A stretch of DNA of 64,000 nucleotides from Octopus sinensis (GCF_006345805.1 NC_043006.1:78120001-78184000); one strand, 5' to 3'. Positions 50,056 to 63,239 are shown, numbered from the stretch's first letter. The notes: a model not told the origin generated them from the sequence alone. Translations and numbers: made by a program.

Positions 50056-53050
50056 ACATATAAGAAAAGGAACTACGTTTATGTATTTGCCGCACAACCT
50101 CATTTTAAGAATGATTATCCGATACTTAAACAGAGAATGTACTATTTGACTACGTGAAAGTTAAATGAGACCTAATAAGTATAAAATACCAACCTGTCGC
50201 TGTTAGATAAACATGTTCTGTTTACAGGTTTCTTCTTTTTTATAAATTGCGAAATTACTCTACTAATAAACTGAAAACGTAATCACTTACAAATCAATAT
50301 ATAATTTCACCAGTATATTATGTTCCTACGAAATCTTAAAAGATGTCAAAGGGTTTTAAAACAGAATGTTACTGTCTTCATACCTTCCCTACCGCATTGA
50401 TATCGTATGAAATTTGCAATAGATTGAAACTGAGCTGTGGATTTCGTTCCACAGCATTGTTTGTTCCTTCTCGAGCCATGCCTGGCTCATTAGGGCCGTT
50501 TTCCCGGTTTCCTTGGCGTAAAGGTTCCCCACCTGGACGGGACGCCGGATTCGTCGCAGGTGAGCTGCAAGATGCAGGAAGAAAGAGTAAGAGAAAGTTG
50601 TGGCAAAAGAGTCAGCCGAAGTTCGCCATTACCTTCTGCCGGAGCCGCGTGGAACTTAGGTGTTTCGCTCATAAACACACACATCAACTCGGTCTGAGAT
50701 TCGAACCCGCGATCCCTCGACCGCGAGCCCGCTGCTCTAACCACTAGGCCATGTACCTCCATGGTTCCAAAGGATAGATATTTTTATTCTTCCGTGTTAA
50801 ATATATCACCGTGATCACCGTGACCGACCAGGCTATCAGATGTTGCTACACATCGCCGGTCACAATGCGCTTCGCATTGTTTTAGCCTTCAAATCACGCC
50901 ATCCCGCTGGCTAAGCGAGCAAGCCAACAGAAGAAAGAGTAAGAGAAAGTTGTGGGGATCGCCACCCCACCCCCCTGCCGGAGCCTTGTGGAGCTTTAGG
51001 TGTTTTCGCTCAATAAACATCACAACGCCCGGTCTGGGAATCGAAACCGCGATGCTACAACCGCCAGTCCGCTGCTCTAACCACTGGGCCATTGCGCCTC
51101 CACGTTAACTATATAATGGCTTCTAATTCAGGAGTGAGATTAACAATTTTGAGGAGAGGGGTTAAATCGATACCAACCATCGAGTTTGGTACTATATTTT
51201 ATCGACGTTGAATGTATGTAAGGCAAAGTTCATCTTAGTGGGATTTGAACTCATCTTATGTATATCAAAATACTTAATTTATATCCAACTTTCAAAGTAA
51301 TTTGAACAACGCCTGTCATAAAAATTCCATAGAAAGCAGTGCATTATACAAAACTTTCTGTGTTTCCTTCATGTAGCACAATATACACAACACTACAGTA
51401 TTTACTTATTTCGTACAAGAATATAAATATAATGCCTGAATTGTATATTACACAATAAACAGTGTAAAATGAATAAAAGGCAATAATAATAATAACAACA
51501 ACAACAACAATAACAAAAATAATAATAATAATAACAACAACAACAACAACAACAATAACAATAACAACAATAATAATAATAATAATAATATGGAATTGCC
51601 CACTTCGACGTACCGAAGACAAGTATAAATTTAACCGAATCGTATGTATGAAAAAACGATGGAATAATATATAGACATTTCTGTTAAGAATTAATATAGT
51701 AAAATATATTGTGAAAATATCTGGGAAAGACAGTTCTATATTTAAGAGTTAACAACGAACAAGATAAGGACAAATATTCGTCAAATGTAAATAATGTAAA
51801 TAATGTATGAGGGAAAGAGATAAAGAAGAAACTGAAAATTTTAGCTTAGTCGCAAGCAAGACTCTATAGTTAAAAGCTTCACTTGCAACCGCGAGCTTTC
51901 TAGCTCAGTCTCACTACACGGCACAATAAGCATGTGTTTTCTACTATAGAAATGCTTTATGAGTAAATTTGAAGGGCAGACAGTGTGTAGCAGCCGATCT
52001 TCACACACACATTTTTACTCTTTTACTTGTTTCAGTCATTTCACTGCGGCCATGCTGGAGCACCGCCTTTAGTCGAGCAAATCGACCCCAGGACTTATTC
52101 TTTGTAAGCCTAGTACTTATTCTATCGGTCTCTTTTGCTGAACCACTAAGTTACGGGGACGTAAACACACCGGCATCGGTTGTCAAGCGATGTTGGGGGA
52201 CGTAAACACAGACACACAAACATATACACACATACATATACATATACATATATACGACGAGCTTCTTTCAGTGTCCGCCTACCAGATCCACTCACAAGGA
52301 TTTGGTCGGCCCGAGGCTATAGTAGAAGACACTTGTCCAAGGTGCCACGCAGTGCGAATGAACCCGGAACCATGTTGTTGGTATGGAAGCTACTTACCAC
52401 ACAGCCTTTCCTGCGCCTATACACACACGCACACACACACACACATGCACACACATACGTGTATCTTTGTGTCTGTGTCTCCCACATCCCCCACCGCTTC
52501 ATAACTGCTCTTGGTTTTGATAACTTCCCGTAACTTGGCATTTCGGAATTAGAGAAGAGGTAATTATCAGTAAGAGTTAAAAAACATATGTGCACTTGAA
52601 AAACGTGACGGAAATTACTACGTTTCTCCACATGAAAATGCTCTGAATGACGCACAGAGACGTACACACACGCACACGCTCACACACACATTTTATATAT
52701 GCTGAGACCCTCTTCGGTCATGATTGACCATGGGTTTGCAACTAGAAAGTTACCCTCCCAGGCACAAATCCGGGCAAGGTTGTTTATGGAAGACCAGCAG
52801 TCGCCCATGCATACCGGCCTCCCCTCTCCACGCCACCAGTGTTATCCAAGGGAAAGGCAAAGGCCGATACAGCTTGGCACCAGTGACGTCGCAACTCATT
52901 TCTACAGCTGAGTGAACTGGAGCAACGTGAAATAAAGTGCCTTGCTCAAGAACACAACACGCAGCCCGGTCCGGATACGAGCTCACAGCCCTCACGATCG
53001 TAAGCTCGACGCTCTAACCTGTGAGCCATGCGCCTTCACATTATATATAT

Positions 53051-53169
<119 letters not shown>

Positions 53170-53829
53170 GAGTTTGTGTGCTGTCTGTCTCCTACGATTT
53201 AGATTCCTAACTACTCCCACATTTTGCGGTGCAGTTTAACCAAAACCGGGTATCTTATAGTCGTGATTCATATCGAGCTCTTCTGGAGCACCGCCTTTAG
53301 TCGAGCAAATCGACCCCAGGACTTATTCTTTGTAAGCCTAGTACTTATTCTATCGGTCTCTTTTGCTGAACCACTAAGTTACGGGGACGTAAACACACCG
53401 GCATCGGTTGTCAAGCGATGTTGGGGGACGTAAACACAGACACACAAACATATACACACATACATATACATATACATATATACGACGGGCTTCTTTCAGT
53501 TTCCGCCTACCAGATCCACTCACAAAGCATTTGTCGGCCCGGGGCTATAACAGAAGACACTTGCCCAAGATGCCAGGCAGTGGGACTGAACCCGGATCCA
53601 TGTGGTTGGTAAGCAAGCTACTTACCACACAGCCATCCTGCGCCTGTGTGTGTGTGCGTGTGTGTGTGTGAGAGAGAGCGTGTGCGTGTGTGTACGTCTC
53701 TGTGCGTTATTCAGAGAATTTTCATGTGGAGAAACGTATATATATATATATATATATTGTGAAAGTGCATGGCTCACTTACGATCTTACGATCGTGAGGT
53801 TGTATCTGAGTTAAATGTTGTAGTTTTAA

Positions 53830-54160
53830 AATTTTATGTTTATAGTGTTTTTTATTATTTGCAGATCCTCCATCAAAAGGGGTATATACATATGGATCAT
53901 TTTGTATGCTTCTATGTTTCTTGGTTTGTGTGTTGATATATACGGTAAAGTTTTAAGTATGTCAAAGAGTTTTCTTGAATTTCGTAATTCTTTGATGTCT
54001 GTCGTTTTTGTACGTTCTGTAGCGGGGATTATATTGGCCAAACGAGCTTGCTTTTCAGAGACCGAATGACGGTACACCGTCAACAGATTTATGATACCAC
54101 ATTTATAAAAATTCCCTTTAGTAAACATGTAGATATGTACCCCGGGACCAAATATCAAAA
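53830..54160 (-). mobile_element. Probable Penelope-like ORF fragment
   Basis: LPYISTHKPRNIEAY resembles the PLE linker between RT and GIY-YIG. Confidence 0.4.
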
Positions 54161-55270
54161 ACTAAATGTTACATCTATATCAATGAACCAGAAACACTTG
54201 TTTATGATGGAATATAAACAGCAAGTAAACATACTAAACAATACACCAGGATGAGAAAACTCAATTTATTCCTGAAAGACGACAAGAAACAACAAACATA
54301 AATCAAAAGTTTAATGCCGAGCTGCCCCTGGGATTGAAAACCTTATCTGTACAATAACACCTTGCATCTTCTCAAACTCCAGTTTCTGACGACTTCACTC
54401 TAGGCTTAAACAATTAGATTTTCTTCTGGTCAAAACCGTAGCACCTGAAGAAAACAATGGAACATTGTACTGACCGAGACCATTGACTTCTTAAGGGATT
54501 CAACCAACCGGCGACCGTTAGACAAAAACAAGTTACCAAGACTTTTGATAAAAACGAAATCAACCAACCAGTGTACTGAATTTCTACTAGTCAAACCAAA
54601 ATATTTGACCAGAATATATTCAGGCAGTTGGTCAATAAAAATACTAGAAACCTCAGGCGGATATAAATAAGCGACACCATTAAATTAACAACCAATCAGT
54701 AGTTGATCTTTACCTTAAAAACATATACATACAAAGCTATTCAAGCTCTCACCAGCAATGACGAAGATTCCTCCTTTATGCATTGCGGGGGAAATCGTAA
54801 AAAAAAAACCTACTTTTTTCTTCCTTTTTGTTTTGCTTTACACTTATTAAATCCATCGTATTTAATTGTTAATATAACTCAATGTTACTGAACTTTCAAA
54901 AACGTATGACTTATAAACTTATTCGAACATTTGAACTTCTATTATAGTCTATGTCTGTGAAACTTTTACCATATTGAATTTTGTTTGAACATTTGATCTT
55001 TTAAGCAGTGTCTTTTTTTTTTTTTTCGTTTCCCTTGTACTTTCAATATTTCCTAGCATTTTTTTTTATCTACCACAAAGAAAATTTAAAATTTTCGAAA
55101 CCCGTTTGGCATTTTAATAAATATGTTACGAAATTTAAAAACTACGACACGTTTGAAGACTCAAATGCATTTTCAACCCTCAAAATTAACTCTGCTATAT
55201 TCTTTCCTGCATGGGAATACTCTTCTTTGTTAAAAACACACATACACGTACGCATGCACACACACACACA

Positions 55271-55332
<62 letters not shown>

Positions 55333-55349
55333 ATATATATATATATTAT

Positions 55350-55424
<75 letters not shown>

Positions 55425-55799
55425 TACGTATGAACGCTTATATATATATCCGTAGTTGTGTTCATCCCTTTCTGCGTCTGATACTGCAAGCTATTTCTAC
55501 AATAGTGGAAGATGAGCAAAAGAATAACAGAAACCTTATAAGATTTGCACGATATCCTTACCAAAATGCCGAGAGCTGAAATTGATATTGGTTCAGCTCA
55601 AACTCAGATCTCACTGAAACAGAATGATTCTCCTAAAACAATCTAACCGAGGCCTAGTGACTCTGCCAGGTCACTACAGATGCCGATATCCACACACATA
55701 CGCACACATGCACGCGCATACACACAACCGCCCCCACACACACGCACAGATCACGCCCGCGCATATATATATATATATATGTGGTGTGTGTGTGTGTGT

Positions 55800-55929
55800 A
55801 AAACTACCATAATAAACACATGCAACTCTCGAAGCGAGCCTTTTAAAAACAGATCTGTTTTTAAAAGGCTCGCTTCCAGAGTTGCATTCCCTCGCGTTCG
55901 GTACAAAATGTGTTTATTGTGGTAGTTTT
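55800..55929. repeat. Near-perfect 68-bp palindrome (55820-55887) inside a second pair of 22-bp inverted arms
   Basis: ATGCAACTCTCGAAGCGAGCCTTTTAAAAACAG-AT-CTGTTTTTAAAAGGCTCGCTTCCAGAGTTGCAT, one mismatch. Confidence 0.9.
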
Positions 55930-56514
55930 GACTTTAAGAGTCCCTCCTAGCGTGAGGCATTTATGTATAGTAATGCCTTTAATATAAATAAATATATTTA
56001 AAGGGAGTAATTAATAAATTTTTCCCTTATGAGGTTTTTGGCGCTAACTACTTGATAATTTCTTATAAAGATTATATTCTATTTTTAAATTATATATATA
56101 TATACACTCAGAGGATAGAATGAGAGAGAGAGAGAAAAAGAGAGGTATACAGATACATATACAAGTGTATGTACGTATGTGTGTATGTATGTATGTATGT
56201 ATGTATGTCTGCATGCATGTATGTATGTATGTATATATGTATGTATGCATGCATGCATGCATGTATGTATGTATGTATGTATGTATGTATGTATGTATGC
56301 ATGTATGCGTATACACATATACAGAAAACACAAAAATCCGGCAACTATTAAAAAATCCAATAAAATTAAGAAAATCCAAATCTAACAGAAAAATGATGGG
56401 CAAATAGTGAACAAATAAAACGGCAACTTTTGAAATGAGTACAGGCAACTATGTACTACTGCACAGTTGACATCACTGCAGTATAGCGAGTTGAAAGAAC
56501 CCTGCAATTTAGTA

Positions 56515-56970
56515 TTCCTGGATCAGTGGAACGGCCAAATGCGGGCTCTGCCATAACAATGTGTTACAAAAACAACGATAGTTTGGAGGGTGAGCAACGT
56601 GAGTCCCGACGTCATTTCAAGTTAGAGTGTCATGGTCGAGTTCGCTCAGAACACGTGATATGATCGTGGATTAAAATCTTTGAAGGAACTGGATCGGTTC
56701 TTAAAAAGGACCCGACATGATGGCCAAAAAGCGCCACAGAATATCGAGGCTCTTCGTGTTTCTGTCTTGCGGAACCCACAGCTTCAACTCAGAAAGCTTG
56801 TCCCATAAGATTGTTCAACTAATTCTCCATTTTGACTTTAAATTTCATCCGTACAAGACGCAAATCATGGAAGAACTGAAGGAGAACGATCACCAATTGC
56901 GAGTAGAATTCTGTCAAAAAATTACGGAAGCAACGAAATTTTGGACAAGCTGTGGATGTCAGAGGCGGCA
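56515..56970 (+). mobile_element. Tc1/mariner-superfamily transposase N-terminal fragment (pseudogenised)
   Basis: Translation shows an HTH region, FHPYKTQIMEELKENDHQLRVEFC and LDKLWMSEA (first acidic motif of the DDD/E triad). It is truncated by the LINE-1 insertion. Confidence 0.7.
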
Positions 56971-58194
56971 CCTGCAACACTACGACTGGGTGTTAAAACA
57001 GCTGCTGAATACTCAAGCGCAGATGTGATATATCTTGACTTTGCAAAAGCCTTTGACAAAGTTGACCATGGTATGATATGTCACAAACTGCGTGATCTCG
57101 ACATATGCGAGAAACTTGGAGAATGGCTGCACAACTTTCTAAATGATAGACCTCAGGAAGTAGTGGCCAATGGAGCCACCTCCAAGGAAACACAAATAGC
57201 AAGTGGTGTTCCACATGACACTGTCTTGGGGCCACTGGTGTTCATAGTGGCCCTCTCAGACATGTCCTCGGCTGCTCAGATAGCCTCCCTATCTAGCTAT
57301 GCAGATGACACATAAGACTCAAATAATCCTGGAAATGTTGCGCATCTGCAACGGAAGTTGGACGCAATATACAGGTGGGCTGAGAGCAACAACCTGCAGT
57401 TTAATTCAGAAAAATTTCAGGCTCTGCACTTCCAGCATACAAAGCTAAACGACATGTAGACAGGATACACTGGCCCAGGAGGAATTGAAATCCTTGAATC
57501 AAAATCAGGGCATTGACATGAGCAATGATGCATCTTTCCTAGTGTATATTACCAATTTGGGAATACAATGCAGACTGCTGGCTGGCTAGATTCTCCAAAC
57601 TTTCAAAACAAGAGAAAAGGAGACATTGATGATCCTTTGGAGGACATAAGTTCTCAGCCGCTTAGACTGTTTCTCGGCGGAACTCGAAGCAATACAACGA
57701 AGCTACACTAAGAAAATCTCTCGATGCAACGTACCTGCTACTGGGAAAGACTGAAAGAATTAAAATTATTCTTCCTGGAACGAAGGCGAGAGAGATATGC
57801 AATGAGATACGTCTGGAAAATCATAGAAGGCCTTGTACCAAACTTTGGATTGAAAGTTACTCAAACTGCAGAAAAGGGCGCCACTGCATAGTGAAAAATA
57901 TCCCAGCATTGCTATCAAAATACAGGACCAGATACTGCAACAGCTTGAGCTTCAAGGGCCCACAACTCTTTAATATCCTTCCAAAATGCCCGAGAGACCT
58001 GTATGGTGTGGATGTAAGTGTCTTTAAAACAAAACTGGATCTCTTCCTCTTGAGGTTTCCAGACGAGCCTACTTCACGGCAGGAAACTCACATGAGGGCA
58101 GCAGCATGACACTCCCTCATTGACTAAATGCCACATATCAGCTCAGTCAACGGTGGTGCTCTAGCATGATCGCAGCTTTGCAGCTGAAACAGTA
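56970..58194 (+). mobile_element. Decayed CR1/L2-type LINE RT fragment with 3' tail (LINE-1)
   Basis: Broken ORFs with YLDFAKAFDKVDH, SGVPHDTVLGPLVF, YADDT and FKTKLDLFLLRFPDEP. Several stops and frameshifts; 3' hairpin at 58173-58186. Confidence 0.88.
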
Positions 58195-58588
58195 CGGAAT
58201 TTTGTTAGTGAACAGGGTGCGGTCTCAAAGCGACGAAAATATTTTGGCAAATTAAATTTTAATGTTGAAATGAATCTAACGATTTTTGTGCGTTTCTTAA
58301 ATAGCTTATAAACACCTTCCACGCTGCAATTGTTAAATATATATATATTATATATATATATGTATGTATGTATACAATAATAAATCTCTGAACGAGATAT
58401 AAACAGTAACTGCTCGACAACGTAAGGGGTATCAGCCATCTGAATGTGGCTAGGCACTGGAGGGGGGGGTGTTACTGATGCTTTTAGCCCCAGGCGATCA
58501 ACGTCACCAGAAGGACTTTAGACACTATCTCAGTGTCCTTGTGTTGTTTGTAAAGGGAGGTCATCCTCCCTCGAAGATCCGGGTACTA

Positions 58589-58633
58589 CATACGGACTAT
58601 AGTTTCGAGGTCATTGCCTCTTGTCAACGCATG
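58589..58633 (-). ncRNA. Type I hammerhead ribozyme, U3:A8 core variant (inverted copy)
   Basis: Same motif on the minus strand with stem I CATGCG/CGTATG; predicted cleavage between 58595 and 58594. Confidence 0.75.
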
Positions 58634-58845
58634 GTAAGCACCGGCCTTCGATGAAGGATTCCCTTTACAAACAATATATAATGTTTTTCACAGTAACCGC
58701 TGTCACTGATGTAGAATAACTGTCTGAAAACAATAATAAATCTCTGAACGAGATATAAACAGTAACTGCTCGACAACGTAAGGGGTATCAGCCATCTGAA
58801 TGTGGTTAGGCGATCAACGTCACCAGAAGGACTTACCATGCTTAC

Positions 58846-58890
58846 CATGCGTTGACAAGAGGCAATGACCTCGAAACTATAGTCTGTATG
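58846..58890 (+). ncRNA. Type I hammerhead ribozyme, U3:A8 core variant
   Basis: Stem I CATGCG/TGTATG; core TTGACAA; stem II GAGG-caatga-CCTC; GAAA; palindromic ACTATAGT; GUC cleavage triplet after 58884. Confidence 0.72.
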
Positions 58891-59073
58891 TAGTACCCGG
58901 ATCTTCGAGGGAGGATGACCTCCCTTTACAAACAACACAAGGACACTGAGATAGTGTCTAAAGTCCTTCTGGTGACGTTGATCGCCTGGGGCTAAAAGCA
59001 TCAGTACCCCCCCCCCGTGCCTAGCCACATTCAGATGGCTGATACCACTTACGTTATGTATGTATATATATCT

Positions 59074-59205
<132 letters not shown>

Positions 59206-59220
59206 TTAGATAAGCTTAGA

Positions 59221-61165
59221 TATGTTTCGACCAAAGATTGGTCCTGGCCATGTCTAACTTAATAGCACCACCTGATAGGATTATTTGAATCCTGTTCAAG
59301 TCAAGTTTTGTTTATGGTCCATTCAAGTAGTGAGTTTTTGTTGGGTGAGTTGTATCCAATTATGGGTGGCTTATCTGGTATTCTTTGAAGGAATCTATCC
59401 AGACTCCGTTTAAAGTTGATGGGATCCTTTTCCTCTTTGATCTCTTTCGGGACAATGTTAAATAGGGCAGGGCCTGTTGAGGAAAATAAATTATGTTGCA
59501 GTGTGCATGTATGCTGTGATCTTGAATTGGGCAGGGAACGTATGGCCCGTGGTCCCAGTCTTGGATGAACCTTGAAGCTAATGTTCAGGTCGTTTGGGTA
59601 AAGTTGGCGGTATATTCTCCACATCGTACAAATGATGTACCGCTCACGGCGACGCTGGAGAGAGTAGAGTTTCAAGGCTTTAAGGCGATCCAAATAATCG
59701 AGAGCAGCCATGCCTTCAATTCGTTTAGTGAGTGCCCTCTGGGGTGATTCAATCCTCGAGATGTTTTGTCTTGTATGGGGAGACCACAGTGGGCAGCAGT
59801 ATTCGAGGTGTGGCTGTACAAAGGAGGAGAAAAGTGGTATGATGACACCTTGTTCTCTGGACCGGAAAGTTCTTAAGATCCAGGAACTCATCCTACGAGC
59901 TATATCGACCTTCTTGTTGATGTGTGCACTCCAACTGAGATCGTCATCAACAATTACACCCAGGTCTCTGAAATTGTTAGAGGCAGTGAGCTGCTCCCAT
60001 GAAGGAAGAGAGTATGGCTGTTTTAGTGAGGAATTTCTTCCAAAATGCATCAGCTCAATATTTCCCTCGTTCAGTTGCATTTTGTTTCTGTTTGCCCATT
60101 GACTCACAGCATATAGATCAGACTGGATTTGAGTTCGGTCTGCTTCTTCATTGACGATTTGCTGGAGCTTAGTGTCATCAGCAAATATTTTCACTTTGCA
60201 GTGATGTACGACACTGGAAAGGTTGTTTACGTAAATTATGAAGAGTAGCGGACCCAAGACAGTCCCCTGGGGTGACTTTTGTTGTGTTCTATTCGCCAGG
60301 AAATACTTAATCCAGTGTAGAACTTTTCCACGGATTCCAACGTTTGCCAATTTTGAGAGTATGATATTATGGTCTACCCTGTCGAACGCTTTACTGAAGT
60401 CAAGATATATGACTTCAGAGTTCGAACCTGTTCCCAAGGCTTTGAGTACATCTTTAATGTGGTGTAAGAGCTGTGTTAGACAGTCCCTGCCACAGCGAAA
60501 GCCATGCTGATTTGCATTTAGGAGTTTGTGGGTCTCCAGGAAGTCAGCTATCCTTGATCTTAACACTCTTTCAAACACTTTAATGATGTGGGAGGTGAGT
60601 GAGATTGGGCGATAGTTGAGTGCGAGGGATCTGTTTCCCTGTTTGAAAACCGGGATGACTGACTGGGATAGAAACTGTTTCGGTATATAACCTACGTCTA
60701 ACGAATTTCTCCAGAGGTTGGTCAGAGGGACTGCAAGTTGGTGTCTACATTCCTTCAGGAGACTAGCGGGGAATCTATCAGGACCTACAGCAGAGTAGTA
60801 TTTCACCTCATTTATTGCTGCTATGATGTCAGTGGCAGTGAAGGTTATGTCTGAGATTTTATGTTGGGAGTCAACTTCGTTCGCTTCTCTTACGCCAATA
60901 TCAGTGGGAATACTAAAGACAGAGCAGTATTTCTGCCGTTTCTTTAGCATCGTGTTGGGGAATGCCGTTATCATCAATCAATGGCCCAATGGGTGAGACA
61001 GTGGTTCTATGCTTATTTGCATAAGAATAGAACACTTTTGGGTTCTGTTTGATGTTTTTGATTACCCACTGTTCCTCCACAGCTCTTTGATTTTCAATGG
61101 AGGTTTTCATGTCGGTCTGCAGATGAAGTTTTTCCAACTCTAGCCTTTTCATTGTTGTTGAATGT
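59221..61165 (-). mobile_element. 5'-truncated CR1/L2-type (Jockey-group) LINE, RT-encoding ORF2 remnant with intact 3' tail (LINE-2)
   Basis: 558-aa ORF 60977-59301 with NYRPISLTS, YLDFSKAFDRVDH, PQGTVLGPLLF, IFADDTK and PHLEYCCPLWSP. There is an in-frame deletion before PQG, a 3' stem-loop, and (TA)n on both sides. Confidence 0.92.
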
Positions 61166-61175
61166 GGATGTTGTA

Positions 61176-61239
<64 letters not shown>

Positions 61240-61387
61240 TATATTATATATATAGTTTCATAACAGTGCACTGGGATTTATAGTAACTCAGTCAATAAAA
61301 CCAGAAAAAAATGTTTCATTTGATATTCATTAATGATTTAAATGCTGTTTAATGTCAGAACCGAAACCCCGTTTTCCCGTCTCCAAT

Positions 61388-61454
<67 letters not shown>

Positions 61455-62468
61455 TTAATTTTTAATGTATGAATCGTTTCTACTTTCTTATTTAATTTCG
61501 TCACACGCTTCGTTTGTTATTTGTTTCATTGTTTCAGTTTATACCACCAAAGGAAGTATATAAATATATGCGTGGATTGTAAGGTGACTTTTTACGGCTC
61601 AGATGTCATATATGTTGAAGGTGTATCACTGCCTCTGCGTTCTAGATAAAACCCATTCGCTTATTGTTCAGTGACATAGAAAACTATGTGGAAGGAGGAG
61701 AAAAATTGCCAAGGGACTGAAGTGGCTTGAGAGTACATTACAGTAAACTTTCAGAATAACAACTATGTCAGAGATTTATAATTTTGTCATTTATAATGTT
61801 GTCTATGAGGTTTTCTATGTGTAATTAAACGGTGTACAATGCAGAATAAATTACCCTAGCCAACATATTTTTTTTTTTTTTTTTTTGCTGATTTCGGTTT
61901 TGTGGTTGTTTTTTTAGTTAATTTTCTGATGCTGATTTCAAATATGGTATCCATTCTTTTCTGACACATCAGGTTTTCATTTTATAACATACCCCTATTT
62001 TATGATGCACAGCTTAAATAATTTACTTGCTCAGAATAGTTTATTAAGTCTTATAGCTTCAAACCCTAAGGTATAATGTCAATAGAATATGAAATGTAAG
62101 ATAGCATCACTTTTTACGAAATGCATATTGTTAATTTTCTAATATGATGGATAAATCACAAAGCATCGTACACATACTTTCATATAAGTGGAACAAATTT
62201 CCGCTTGTGCGAGCATGAGGAGTGTTTCATGTCTACAAAGTCGCTTTGAATACACTGATGCCTCATTAACAAAACCCTCAACACTGAACTGCAAATTACA
62301 TGGGACCAACTATTAACAATTTTTTGCCCTGACATCTAACATCTAATTAATTTTCACACTCCTGGCCTCGCAATTAATTACGTTGAAAGATTTCAATAGC
62401 ATTGAGTTGATTAAATAATACGCTACAGATAAAATCAAGTAAATATTTTCACTATTTGACTGCATACA

Positions 62469-63050
62469 AGGCGGCGGGCTGGCAGAAACGTTAGCATGCC
62501 GGGCGAAATGCGTAGCCGTATTTCGTCTGTCGTTACGTTCTGAGTTCAAATTCCGCCGAGGACGACTTTGCCTTTCATCCTTTCGGGGTCGATTAAATAA
62601 GTACCAGTTACGCACTGGGGTCGATGTAATCGACTTAATCCGTTTGTCTGTCCTCGTTTGTCCCCTCTGTGTGTGTAGCCCCTTGTGGGTTGTAAAGAAA
62701 TAGGTATTTCGTCTGCCGTTACGTTCTGAGTTCAAATTCCGCCGAGGTCGACTTTGCCTTTCATCCTTTCGGGGTCGATTAAATAAGTACCAACTACGCA
62801 CTGGGGTCAATATAATCGACTTAATCCGTTTCTCTGTCCTTGTTTGTCCTCTCTGTGTTTAGCCCCTTGTGGGTAGTAAAGAAATAGGTATTTCGTCTAT
62901 CTTTGCGTTCTGAGTTCAAATTCCGCCGAGGTCAACTTTACCTTTCATCCTTTCGGGGTCGATTAAATAAGTACCAATTGCGTACTGGGGTCGGTGTAAT
63001 CGACTGGCTCCCTCCCCCAAAATGTCGGGTCTTGTGCCTAGAATAGAAAA
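62469..63050 (+). mobile_element. SINE family C, trimeric (internal ~185-bp unit x3)
   Basis: Unit starts GTATTTCGTC at 62518, 62704 and 62888. Similar multimers at 30661-31230 (+), 37410-37985 (-), 15510-15950 (-) and 17575-17940 (+); monomers at about 42660-42870, 49480-49690 and 51120-51260. Confidence 0.85.
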
Positions 63051-63166
63051 CAATATTTGACTGCATATTAGAGCAAGAAAAAGTCAATTGGATTATTTGT
63101 TAATAAAAATATTTTATTTTGCTATCTCTCTTATTTGGACTACTTGTGTAACAAGAGAGGTTATGA

Positions 63167-63239
63167 CACCTTGAAAACACCGGTTCTCGTCCGATCACCG
63201 AAGTTAAGCAAAGTCGAGCCTAGTTAGTACTTAGTTGGG
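63167..63239 (+). pseudogene. Truncated 5S rRNA-derived sequence
   Basis: TTGAAAACACCGGTTCTCGTCCGATCACCGAAGTTAAGCAA..GTTAGTACTT matches the middle of invertebrate 5S rRNA; both ends are missing. Confidence 0.8.

Larger units (their letters stand above)
58374..59055. repeat. Recent inverted duplication (arms 58419-58640 / 58839-59055) with a direct duplicate in the spacer
   Basis: Near-identical ~220-bp arms; 58374-58454 is repeated at 58730-58810. Confidence 0.9.

Noticed and set aside
56941-57315. 124-aa ORF as a transposase-RT fusion gene
   Set aside because: It is a chance in-frame junction of a dead mariner fragment with a dead LINE; both have stops and frameshifts nearby.
59221-59250. 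LINE/SINE tail hairpin + GAAAC as a hammerhead half
   Set aside because: There is no CUGANGA upstream of the stem; it is explained as the RT-recognition stem-loop.
62518-63000. ~185-bp tandem units as a CRISPR-like array
   Set aside because: Whole units are repeated with no unique spacers; the context is eukaryotic and there are no cas genes.
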